32,000 nt of DNA from Kineococcus radiotolerans SRS30216 = ATCC BAA-149 (GCF_000017305.1 NC_009664.2:3300001-3332000); one strand, 5' to 3'; counted from the first letter of the stretch, positions 7,371 through 15,251 are shown. A program made the numbers and translations. Notes: a model not told the origin generated them from the sequence alone.

Positions 7371-8957
7371 CTAGCTGTGAATCGGCGAGGCACCCCGGGG
7401 CTCCCCGCCGTCCACCCCGTCGTCGGCGTCCTCGTCACCCAGGGGGTCCGGGCCCGCGGCGCGGAACCGCACCCGGAAGGTGGCGCCGCCGCCCGGCGTG
7501 GGGACCACCGCGACCGTCCCGCCGTGCACCTGCACCACCGTGGCCACGATGGCCAGGCCCAGGCCGGAACCCCCGCCCGTCCCGCGCCGGCGCGAGGAGT
7601 CCACCCGGTAGAAGCGCTCGAAGACCCGCTCGGCCTGCTCCGGGGTCAGGCCCGGGCCGTGGTCGCGCACCTCCACCACCGACTCCGGCCCCGAGGGCCC
7701 CGGCACCCGCCCGACCGCCACCTCCACCGGCGTCCCCGCCGGGGTGTGGTGCACGGCGTTGGCCAGCAGGTTCGTCAGGACCTGGCGCATCCCGGACTCG
7801 TCGGCGAGCACCACCGCGGACCCCGGGCCCACCCCCTCCGCCACGCCCACCAGCCGCACGGCCCGGTCGGGGGCCAGGGCCCGCGCGTCGTGCACGGCGT
7901 CGGAGGCGACGACGGCCAGGTCGACGGGTTCGCGCACCACCGCCCGCCGCCGCTGCGCCTCGTCCAGGCGCGCCAGCGCGAGCAGGTCCTCCACCAGCCG
8001 GCCCAGCCGCGTCGACTCGCCCTCGATGCGGCCCATCACGTGGGCCACGTCGTCGGGTTCGCGGACCGCGCCCTGGCGGTACAGCTCGGCGAAGCCGCGG
8101 ATCGCGGCCAGCGGGGTCCGCAGCTCGTGGCTGGCGTCGGCCACGAAGCGGCGCATCTGCTCCTCGGAGCGCTGCTGGGAGCGGAACAGCGCCTCGATCT
8201 GGGTCAGCATGGTGTTCAGCGCGGTCGAGAGCCGGCCGATCTCGGTGCCCGGCGGGGCGCCGGGCACCCGCTGGGACAGGTCGCCGGCCGCGATGGCCGA
8301 CGCCGTCCGCTCGATGTCGTCCAGCGGGCGGAAGCTGCGGCGGACGGCCAGGGCCGCGGCGAACCCGCCGAGGACGAGCACCGCGACCGAGACGGTGAGG
8401 GCGATGGTGCGGAAGTCCGACACCGTGCGGCTGGCCCCGGACAGCGGCAGCGCGACGGCGACGTTGACGGCCGCCCCCGTGCCCGTCACCGCGGCGGGGA
8501 AGACCAGCACCCGCCACGGGTCCCCGCCCCCGTCGTCGGGGACGGTGAACGCGCCGCCCTGGTGGGTGGCGACGTAGTCCGCGGTCAGCCGGGCCAGGTC
8601 CGGGGCGTTCACGCACGGGTCCGAGGGGCGCGCCCGCGTGCACTTCTCGACGGCGTTCGCGCCGTCGGCGTCGGCGAACTGCACGTAGTAGTCCGACAGC
8701 AGCAGCGACTCCGCGGACTGGTTGAAGGCCGGCCACGCGCTCTGGACCGCGGCCTTGCCCTTCTGCGCGAGCTGCTCGTCGACCTGGGTGCGCAGGTTGT
8801 TCTGCAGCAGGTGCAGCGACACCAGGCTCGTCACCGTCATCGCCGTCAGCAGCAGCAGGACCACGATGACCAGCAGGCGCACCCGCAGCGGCAGGCGCGC
8901 CTCGGCGGCCCGCACCCGCGCCCCGGCCGCCCGCCACCGGGGCGGGAGGGGACTCAT
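7371..8957 (-). CDS. Sensor histidine kinase (MprB-like)
   Basis: ATG 8957 overlaps the RR stop (ATGA). Two TM segments (LLVIVVLLLLTAMTVTSLVSL; IALTVSVAVLVLGGFAAALAV) flank an extracytoplasmic domain of about 150 aa. HAMP domain, H-box ADASHELRTPLAAIRGF, N box LLANAVHHT, G boxes DHGPGL and GGSGLGLAIV. The track shows this inside a spurious 1177-aa ORF. Confidence 0.9.
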   Translation of the reverse strand: MSPLPPRWRAAGARVRAAEARLPLRVRLLVIVVLLLLTAMTVTSLVSLHLLQNNLRTQVDEQLAQKGKAAVQSAWPAFNQSAESLLLSDYYVQFADADGANAVEKCTRARPSDPCVNAPDLARLTADYVATHQGGAFTVPDDGGGDPWRVLVFPAAVTGTGAAVNVAVALPLSGASRTVSDFRTIALTVSVAVLVLGGFAAALAVRRSFRPLDDIERTASAIAAGDLSQRVPGAPPGTEIGRLSTALNTMLTQIEALFRSQQRSEEQMRRFVADASHELRTPLAAIRGFAELYRQGAVREPDDVAHVMGRIEGESTRLGRLVEDLLALARLDEAQRRRAVVREPVDLAVVASDAVHDARALAPDRAVRLVGVAEGVGPGSAVVLADESGMRQVLTNLLANAVHHTPAGTPVEVAVGRVPGPSGPESVVEVRDHGPGLTPEQAERVFERFYRVDSSRRRGTGGGSGLGLAIVATVVQVHGGTVAVVPTPGGGATFRVRFRAAGPDPLGDEDADDGVDGGEPRGASPIHS

Positions 8958-9673
8958 CCCGCCGATTGCGCGACCCGCAGGACGTACCCCACGCCGCGCT
9001 TGGTGTGGATGAGCGGTTCCAGGCCCTCGGTGTCCAGCTTGCGGCGCAGGTAGGAGATGTAGCTCTCCACGATCCCGGCCTCGCCGTTGAAGTCGTAGTC
9101 CCACACGTGGTCGAGGATCTGCGCCTTCGACAGCACCCGGTTGGGGTTGAGCATCAGGTACCGCAGCAGCTTGAACTCGGTGGGCGACAGCTCCACCTCC
9201 CGCCCGGCCCGGCGCACCTCGTGGGAGTCCTCCTCCAGCTCCAGGTCGTGGAACACCAGCCGCCCGGTGTCCGGCCCGTCCACGCCCCCGGTGCGGCGCA
9301 GCACCGCGCGGATGCGGGCCACGACCTCCTCCAGGCTGAAGGGCTTCGTCACGTAGTCGTCGCCGCCGACGGTCAGGCCCGCGACCTTGTCGGCGGTGTC
9401 GTCGCGGGCGGTGAGGAACAGGACCGGGACGGCGCGCCCGCGCTCGCGCAGCTTGCGCGTCACGGTGAACCCGTCGACGTCGGGGAGCATCACGTCGAGG
9501 ACCACGAGGTCGGGGCGGAAGTCCTCGGCCAGCTTCAGGGCCTCGGCGCCGTCCCCGGCCGAGGCGACCTCGAAGCCGGCGAAGCGGAGGCTGGTGGCCA
9601 GCAGTTCGCGGATGCTCGGCTCGTCGTCGACGACGAGCAGCCGGGCCTCCGGGGAGGAGCTCGCAGATCTCAC
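8954..9673 (-). CDS. OmpR/PhoB-family response regulator (MprA-like)
   Basis: Receiver domain (RLLVVDDEPSIRELL...DLVVLDVMLPDVDG...PVLFLTARD) plus winged-helix output (LSPTEFKLLRYLMLNPNRVLSKAQILDHVW...HTKRGVGYVL). GTG start with no SD upstream, so possibly leaderless. Confidence 0.92.
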   Translation of the reverse strand: MRSASSSPEARLLVVDDEPSIRELLATSLRFAGFEVASAGDGAEALKLAEDFRPDLVVLDVMLPDVDGFTVTRKLRERGRAVPVLFLTARDDTADKVAGLTVGGDDYVTKPFSLEEVVARIRAVLRRTGGVDGPDTGRLVFHDLELEEDSHEVRRAGREVELSPTEFKLLRYLMLNPNRVLSKAQILDHVWDYDFNGEAGIVESYISYLRRKLDTEGLEPLIHTKRGVGYVLRVAQSAG

Positions 9674-9696
9674 GGGACCCAGTCTGCGCCGCCATC

Positions 9697-9714
9697 CTGG
9701 GAGAGCGCTGGGGA
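9697..9714. promoter_or_regulatory. Direct repeat CTGGGA-n5-CTGGGGA (11-bp phase) in divergent mprA-like / kinase promoter gap
   Basis: CTGGGA at 9697-9702 and CTGGGGA at 9708-9714, one helical turn apart, inside the 70-bp gap between GTG 9673 (-) and GTG 9744 (+). The geometry fits OmpR-family tandem half-sites; the binding protein is not established. Confidence 0.25.
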
Positions 9715-9743
9715 CCCGCCCGGCGGGGTGGGAGGATCACCGG

Positions 9744-10529
9744 GTGCTGAGGACGGTGACCGCCACCCGCTACGTCGCGCCCCTGCGGGAGGGCGGGAGC
9801 CTGCCGGGGCTGTGCGAGGCCGACGACCTCGGGACCTACGTGGTGAAGTTCCACGGCGCGGGGCAGGGCCGGCGGGTCCTGGTCGCCGAGGTCCTCGCCG
9901 CCTCCCTCGCCGGCGCCCTGGACCTGGCCGTCCCCGAGCTCGTCGTCGCCGTCGTCGACCCCGTCATCGGCCGCGGCGAGCCCGACGAGGAGGTGCAGGA
10001 CCTGCTCCTGCGCTCGCCGGGGGACAACCTCGGGATGGACTTCCTGCCCGGGTCGCTGTCCTTCGACCCCGTCGTGGACCCCGTCGACGCCGGCTGGGCC
10101 GCGCGGGTCCTGTGGTTCGACGCCCTCGTCCTCAACGTCGACCGGTCCTGGCGCAACCCGAACTCGCTGTGGTGGGGCGGCAGACCCTGGCTCATCGACC
10201 ACGGCGCCGCGCTGTACTTCCACCACGACTGGTCCCGCGCGGGTGCGAGCGTCGACCGGCCGCTGCGCCACGCCGAGGACCACCTGCTGCTGGCCGCCGC
10301 GGCCGACGTCGCCGACGTGGCCGACGCCTGCGCGGCCGCCCTCACCGACGACGTCCTGCACGCCGCGGTCACCGCGGTCCCCGACGGCTGGCTGGAGGGC
10401 GAGCCGGGCTTCGGGAGCGCCGACGACGTCCGCGCCGCCTACCTGGACTGGTTCAGCGCCCGGCTGAGCGGGCCCCGGACCTGGGTCGCGGAGCTGGCCC
10501 GGGTGCAGCGGGAGGCGCGTCGTGGCTGA
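9744..10529 (+). CDS. HipA-like / protein-kinase-fold small kinase (261 aa)
   Basis: GTG 9744 preceded by GGAGGA (9731-9736). Motifs: YVVKFHGAGQG (Lys + Gly-rich loop), VLNVDRSWRNPN (catalytic-loop-like D-x4-N), WLIDHGAAL (DxG-like). The N-terminus TRYVAPLREGGSLPGLCEADDLGTYVVKF matches proteins I recall annotated as HipA family kinase. Track ORF 9387.. is an upstream extension. Confidence 0.7.
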   Translation: MLRTVTATRYVAPLREGGSLPGLCEADDLGTYVVKFHGAGQGRRVLVAEVLAASLAGALDLAVPELVVAVVDPVIGRGEPDEEVQDLLLRSPGDNLGMDFLPGSLSFDPVVDPVDAGWAARVLWFDALVLNVDRSWRNPNSLWWGGRPWLIDHGAALYFHHDWSRAGASVDRPLRHAEDHLLLAAAADVADVADACAAALTDDVLHAAVTAVPDGWLEGEPGFGSADDVRAAYLDWFSARLSGPRTWVAELARVQREARRG

Positions 10530-10914
10530 GGCGCTGCACGTCTTCGAGTACGCCGCGGTGCGGGTGGTGCCCCGGGTGGACCGCGGGGAGTTCCTCAACG
10601 CCGGGGTCGTGCTGTGGTGCCGTCCCCTGGACCACCTGGCCGCCCGCACCGCGCTGGACGTGACCCGCCTGCGGGCGGTCGCCCCCGACCTCGACGTCGA
10701 CGCCGTCAGCCGCCACGTGCTGGCCTGGGAGGCGGTCTGCGCGGGCGCGCCCGCCGCGGGCGCGGCCGCGGCGGAACCCCCCGGCGTGCGCTTCCGCTGG
10801 CTGGTCGCCCCGCGCTCGACGGTCGTGCAGACCTCCCCGGTGCACTGCGGTCTCACCGCCGACCCGGTCGCGGAGCTGGACCGGCTGCTGCGCGCCCTCG
10901 TCACCGGCCCCTGA
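10522..10914 (+). CDS. DUF3037 domain protein
   Basis: 130 aa. The GTG start overlaps the kinase stop by 8 nt (GTGGCTGA). FEYAAVRVVPRVDRGEFLNAGVVLWC fits the DUF3037 N-terminal signature as recalled. Confidence 0.75.
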   Translation: MAEALHVFEYAAVRVVPRVDRGEFLNAGVVLWCRPLDHLAARTALDVTRLRAVAPDLDVDAVSRHVLAWEAVCAGAPAAGAAAAEPPGVRFRWLVAPRSTVVQTSPVHCGLTADPVAELDRLLRALVTGP

Positions 10915-10952
10915 CGCGGCCGGGGCGGCCGGGGGAGCCGCAGCTCCGCCCG

Positions 10953-10968
10953 ACCGCCCCGGGGCGGT
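10953..10968. terminator. GC palindrome between convergent DUF3037 and phoX genes
   Basis: ACCGCCCCGGGGCGGT is a perfect 16-nt palindrome, equivalent to about a 6-bp stem with a 4-nt loop as RNA. Confidence 0.3.
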
Positions 10969-10975
10969 GCGCCGG

Positions 10976-12985
10976 TCAGGCCCGGCGGACCTGCACGACC
11001 GACGGGCGCGGCTGGCCCGTGCCGTCGTAGGGGAAGGTCGAGGCCGGGTCGTCGATGGTCGCCCCGTCGACCTCACCGGGGTGCTGCACGGCGACGAACA
11101 CCGTGCGCCCGTCGTCGGCGATGACCGGCCCGCAGGTCTCCGCGCCCGTCGGCACCGAGAGGAACTGCCGGACCTGGCCGCGGTTCGGGCCGTCGACGAC
11201 GACCTCGTACAGGCCGTCGTTGGAGCCCAGCGTGTTGCCGTCGGTGGAGATCCACAGGTTGCCCGTGGTGTCGAAGGCCACGTTGTCCGGGCAGGAGATC
11301 GGCGAGACCTGCGCGGGGTCGAAACCGCCGAAGTAGGTGCTCTGGTCCTCCGGGTCGCCGCAGACGAGGACGAGGTTCCACGAGAACGTGGTCGCCGCGG
11401 CGTCGTCGCGCGCCTCGACGATCTCCACGACGTGCCCGTCCTTGTTGAGCGGGCGCGGGTTCGCCTCGTCGACCCCGGGCTGGCCCAGGGTGCCGCGGCG
11501 GGTGTTGTTGGTGCAGGCGACGTACACGCGGCCGTTGACGGGGTTGCGCTCGACGTCCTCGGGGCGGTCCATCTTGGTGGCGCCCACGACGTCGGCGGCG
11601 GCGCGGGTGTTCACCAGCACCTGGTCGATCGACATGCCCGGCACCACCGAGCGGCCGCCGCGGGTCAGCTGCACCCAGCGGCCGCGGCCGTCGTAGCGCT
11701 CGTCCTCGATGCCGTCGCCCTCGAAGACCGCGACGTAGAGGTCGCCGTCCTCCAGCAGGCGCATGTTGTGCTTCCGGTCGCCCTCGCGGTACGTGCGCTT
11801 GGAGACGAACTTGTAGAGGTACTCGAAGCGCTCGTCGTCGCCCATGTACGACACCACGCGGCCGTCGGCGGCGAGGGAGACGGTGGCGCCCTCGTGCTTC
11901 ATGCGCCCCATGGCGGTGTGCTTGCGCGGCGTGGAGGTCGGGTCGGAGGGGTCGACCTCGACGATCCAGCCGAAGCGGTTGGCCTCGTTGGGCTCGTTCT
12001 CGGCGCTGAAGCGCGGTTCGACGCGCTCCCAGGCGCGCCCGCCGCTGCCGTAGACGCTGTAGCGGTCGCTCTGGCCGCCCTCGACCTCGGGGGAGGAGAA
12101 GTAGCCGTTGAAGTTCTCCTCGCCCGACAGCACCGTGCCCCACGGCGTCGTGCCGCCGGCGCAGTTGCCGAAGGTCCCGACCGGCGTGCGCCCCTGCGGG
12201 TCGGCCTCGGTGCGCAGCGCCTTCGCGCCGGCGGCGGGGCCGGTGAACCGCATCGGGGTCATGGGCGTGATGCGGCGGTTGAAGTCCGAGCCGCGCACGT
12301 AGCCCCACGGGGAGTCCGCGTCCGCCCGGCGCAGTTCGACGACGGACATGCCGTGGGCGGCCAGCGAGATGCGCAGCTGCTCGTCGGTGGCGCTCTGCGC
12401 GTCGACCCAGTCGCGGAACATGAGTTCCTCGTTGGTGTACTCGTTGTTGCACACCAGCAGGGCCCGGTTCGGGTCCTGCAGGGGGACGATGGTGGTGTAG
12501 TCGTTGTTGTAGCCGAACTGCCCCAGCTGGGCCTCGGCGGTCTGGTTCTCGAAGTCGAAGTCCGGGGCGCCGGGCAGGATCGGGTCGCCCCAGGAGATCA
12601 GCGGCGCCCAGGTCCAGCCCGCGGGGACGTCGAAGGAGTCGACCTCCGCGGACACCGGGGCGATGACGTCGAAGTCCACGACGTGACCGGGGTCGAACGG
12701 GTCGGCGAGCAGGTTCACGTCGTCCCCGCCGCCGAAGGCGCTGGCGGGCTGGGCCTGCGCCACGGCGGCCCCGGCGACCCCCAGCCCGACGAGGCCGGCC
12801 AGCACGCCGCGCCGCGACACCGCGGCGCGCACGACGTCGCCGAAGTAGGCGTTGCCGGAGTGGTTGGGGGCGGGGACCGCGCACGAGGTGGCGCAGCGGT
12901 AGTGGCACGTCATGGGGCTGCGGCGGCCGGCGGGGGAGTACGGCAGCAGGTCCAGCAGCGGGCGGCGGTCGTCGGTGGCGGTCAC
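10976..12985 (-). CDS. phoX: PhoX-family (DUF839) Tat-exported alkaline phosphatase
   Basis: GTG 12985 preceded by AGGAGA. Twin-arginine motif SRRGVLAGLVGLGVAGAAVAQAQPASA. Family blocks: GWTWAPLISWGDP, GYNNDYT, NCAGGTTPWGTVLSGEEN, FGWIVEVDP, MGRMKHEG, TKMDRPEDVERNPVNGRVYVACTNN, NVAFDTTGNLWISTDG. The track embeds it in a spurious 1335-aa ORF. Confidence 0.9.
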   Translation of the reverse strand: MTATDDRRPLLDLLPYSPAGRRSPMTCHYRCATSCAVPAPNHSGNAYFGDVVRAAVSRRGVLAGLVGLGVAGAAVAQAQPASAFGGGDDVNLLADPFDPGHVVDFDVIAPVSAEVDSFDVPAGWTWAPLISWGDPILPGAPDFDFENQTAEAQLGQFGYNNDYTTIVPLQDPNRALLVCNNEYTNEELMFRDWVDAQSATDEQLRISLAAHGMSVVELRRADADSPWGYVRGSDFNRRITPMTPMRFTGPAAGAKALRTEADPQGRTPVGTFGNCAGGTTPWGTVLSGEENFNGYFSSPEVEGGQSDRYSVYGSGGRAWERVEPRFSAENEPNEANRFGWIVEVDPSDPTSTPRKHTAMGRMKHEGATVSLAADGRVVSYMGDDERFEYLYKFVSKRTYREGDRKHNMRLLEDGDLYVAVFEGDGIEDERYDGRGRWVQLTRGGRSVVPGMSIDQVLVNTRAAADVVGATKMDRPEDVERNPVNGRVYVACTNNTRRGTLGQPGVDEANPRPLNKDGHVVEIVEARDDAAATTFSWNLVLVCGDPEDQSTYFGGFDPAQVSPISCPDNVAFDTTGNLWISTDGNTLGSNDGLYEVVVDGPNRGQVRQFLSVPTGAETCGPVIADDGRTVFVAVQHPGEVDGATIDDPASTFPYDGTGQPRPSVVQVRRA

Positions 12986-13034
12986 GCGATCTCCTGGAGT
13001 GGGGGGGAGCAACCGGGAACCGGTCTCACCGCGG

Positions 13035-13090
13035 ACGGTAGGGAAGGGCGCACCCCGGCCCGGTGTCCTGCGGGTGCCCTGCCGGTGAAC
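13035..13090 (-). promoter_or_regulatory. PHO-box-like 11-nt direct repeats plus candidate -10 upstream of phoX
   Basis: Minus strand reads GTTCACCGGCA GGGCACCCGCA GGACACCGGGC (13090->13058), three contiguous 11-nt units sharing xxxCACC. After a 17-nt spacer comes TACCGT (13040->13035, TAnnnT). A fourth, 10-nt unit GTCCACAGCT lies just upstream (13100->13091). Confidence 0.4.
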
Positions 13091-13177
13091 AGCTGTGGAC
13101 CGCTTGCGAGCATGGTGAGGCTCTCCTGAGCCGGTGCCGGCGCGCCCGCACCCGGGCCGGTGGGGCAGCATGCCCGC

Positions 13178-15226
13178 ATGAGCCCCCTCGCCGCGGACAA
13201 CCCCTTCGCCGCCCCCAGCGACCTGCCGTTCGCGGTGCCGCCCTTCGACCGGATCCGCGCCGAGCACTACGCCCCGGCCTTCGAGGCGGGGATGGCCGAG
13301 CACCTCGCCGAGGTCGACGCCCTCCTCGCCGCCGACCTGGACGCCGCGGCCTTCCTCGACGCCCTGCAGTCGGCGGGGCAGCTGCTCGGGCGCGCGGAGG
13401 CCGTGTTCCACAACCTCGTCGGCACCGACGCCGACGACGCGCTGCGCGCGGTGCAGGAGGAGTTCTCCCCGCGGCTCTCCGCCCACCACGACGCCGTGCG
13501 CCTGGACCCCCGGGTCGTGCAGCGGGTCCGGGAGCTGCACGAGGACCCCGCCCCCGACCTCGACCCCGAGCAGCGGCGGCTGCTGACGGAGCTGCACCGC
13601 GACGCCGCGCGCTCCGGGGCCCTGCTCGACGAGCCCGGCGCCGCCCGGCTGCGGGAGCTCAACGAGGAGCTCTCCCGGCTCACCACCCGGTTCGACGTCG
13701 AGCTGCTCGCCGACACCAACGCCCTGGCCGTGCACGTGGACGCCGCCGCCGACCTGGAGGGGCTCGGGGCGGGGGAGCTGGCCCGCGCCGCCGCCGCGGC
13801 GGGCGAGCGCGGCGGGTACCTCCTCCCGCTCGTCCTGCCCACCGGGCAGCCGGTGCTGGAGTCCCTGCGGCGCCGGGAGACCCGCCGCCGGGTCCACGAG
13901 GCGTCGGTCTCGCGCGGCGGGCGCGGCGGGGAGCACGACACCCGCGCCGTCCTGCAGCGCATCGCCGCGCTGCGCGCCGAGCGGGCCGTGCTGCTCAGCC
14001 ACCCCGACCACGCCTCCTGGGTCATCGCCGACGAGACCGCCGGGGACGTCGAGGCCGCCGCCGGCATGCTGCGCCGCCTCGCCCCCGCGGCGGTCGCCAA
14101 CGCCCGCCGCGAGGAGGCCGAGCTGACCGGGCTGCTGCTCGCCGACGGCGAGGAGGGACCCCTGCGGCCGTGGGACTGGGCCTACTACGCCGAGCGGCTG
14201 CGCCGGCAGCGGTTCGCCGTCGACGCCGAGGCGCTGCGGCCGTGGTTCGAGCTCGAACGCGTCCTCGTCGACGGGGTCTTCGCCACCGCCACCGCCCTGT
14301 ACGGGCTGACCTTCACCGAACGCACCGACGTGCCGGTGTTCTCGCCCGACGTGCGCGCCTTCGAGGTCGCCGACGAGTCCGGTCCCCTCGGCCTCTACCT
14401 CTTCGACCCCTACGCCCGGGAGTCCAAGCGGGGCGGGGCGTGGATGAGCTCCTTCGTCGAGCAGTCCCGGCTGCTGGGGCAGCGGCCCGTCGTCGTGAAC
14501 TGCCTCAACGTCGCGAGGCCCGCCGCGGGCGATCCGGCGCTGCTGAGCGTCGACGAGGTCGAGACCCTCTTCCACGAGTTCGGCCACACCCTGCACGGCC
14601 TGCTGTCCGACGTGCGCTTCCCCCGGTTCTCCGGCACGAGCGTCCCGCGCGACTTCGTCGAGTTCCCCTCCCAGGTCAACGAGTTCTGGGGGTTCGAACC
14701 CGAGGTCCTGGCCCGCTACGCCCGCCACGTCGAGACGGGGGAACCGCTGCCCGCCGACGCCGTCGACGGCCTGCGCGCGGCCCGCGGCTACGGCCAGGGC
14801 TTCGCCACCACCGAGTACCTCGCCGCCGCCCTGCTCGACCAGGCCTGGCACCGCCTCGCCCCCGGGGCCCTCGACGGGGCCGCGCCCGAGGACGTGGAGC
14901 GGTTCGAGGCCGAGGCCCTGGCCGAGGCCGGGGTCGCGCTGGAGACCGTCCCCCCGCGCTACCGCAGCACCTACTTCCACCACGTCTTCGGCGGCGGGTA
15001 CGCGGCCGCCTACTACTCCTACGTGTGGAGCGAGGTCCTCGACGCCGACACCGTGGAGTGGTTCGCCGAGAACGGCGGCCTGCGCCGGGAGAACGGCGAC
15101 CGCTTCCGGGCCGCGGTGCTCTCCCGCGGCGGCAGCGTCGACCCCCTGGAGGCCTACCGGGAGTTCCGCGGCCGCGACGCCCGCCTGGAACCCCTGCTGC
15201 GCCGTCGCGGCCTCGACGGGGCCTGA
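13178..15226 (+). CDS. dcp: Peptidyl-dipeptidase Dcp (M3 zinc metallopeptidase)
   Basis: HEFGHTLHG zinc site. Collinear with E. coli Dcp as recalled (NPF...LPF..PPFD.I...HY.PAFE.GM; WDWAYYAE; GGAWMSSFVEQS; PRDFVEFPSQ; PPRYRSTYFHHVFGGGYAAAYY). ATG 13178 chosen; the in-frame GTG 13160 is an alternative. Confidence 0.92.
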   Translation: MSPLAADNPFAAPSDLPFAVPPFDRIRAEHYAPAFEAGMAEHLAEVDALLAADLDAAAFLDALQSAGQLLGRAEAVFHNLVGTDADDALRAVQEEFSPRLSAHHDAVRLDPRVVQRVRELHEDPAPDLDPEQRRLLTELHRDAARSGALLDEPGAARLRELNEELSRLTTRFDVELLADTNALAVHVDAAADLEGLGAGELARAAAAAGERGGYLLPLVLPTGQPVLESLRRRETRRRVHEASVSRGGRGGEHDTRAVLQRIAALRAERAVLLSHPDHASWVIADETAGDVEAAAGMLRRLAPAAVANARREEAELTGLLLADGEEGPLRPWDWAYYAERLRRQRFAVDAEALRPWFELERVLVDGVFATATALYGLTFTERTDVPVFSPDVRAFEVADESGPLGLYLFDPYARESKRGGAWMSSFVEQSRLLGQRPVVVNCLNVARPAAGDPALLSVDEVETLFHEFGHTLHGLLSDVRFPRFSGTSVPRDFVEFPSQVNEFWGFEPEVLARYARHVETGEPLPADAVDGLRAARGYGQGFATTEYLAAALLDQAWHRLAPGALDGAAPEDVERFEAEALAEAGVALETVPPRYRSTYFHHVFGGGYAAAYYSYVWSEVLDADTVEWFAENGGLRRENGDRFRAAVLSRGGSVDPLEAYREFRGRDARLEPLLRRRGLDGA

Positions 15227-15251
15227 CCGCCCGCGGGTCCCGGACGCGAGA

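Noticed and set aside
7371-10904. 1177-aa minus-strand ORF in the track spanning kinase, regulator and the opposite strand of the HipA-like/DUF3037 genes
   Set aside because: Only the last 528 codons (from ATG 8957) have histidine-kinase content. Upstream of that, the frame is Arg/Pro/Gly-rich with no domain logic, runs out of frame across the real response regulator, and runs antisense to well-supported plus-strand genes. It is a stop-codon-poor shadow frame typical of very high GC DNA.
12911-12913. Internal ATG (MTCHYRC...) as the PhoX start
   Set aside because: No SD precedes it (CCGCAGCCCC-ATG), whereas GTG 12985 has AGGAGA at proper spacing. The 24 intervening codons keep the GC3 bias and resemble N-terminal segments I recall in other actinobacterial PhoX proteins. 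This remains an alternative.
10976-14983. 1335-aa minus-strand ORF fusing PhoX to antisense of dcp
   Set aside because: PhoX similarity, the Tat signal and an AGGAGA SD all begin at GTG 12985. The upstream 666 codons are antisense to a full-length, motif-complete Dcp and translate to low-complexity G/E/P/R sequence.
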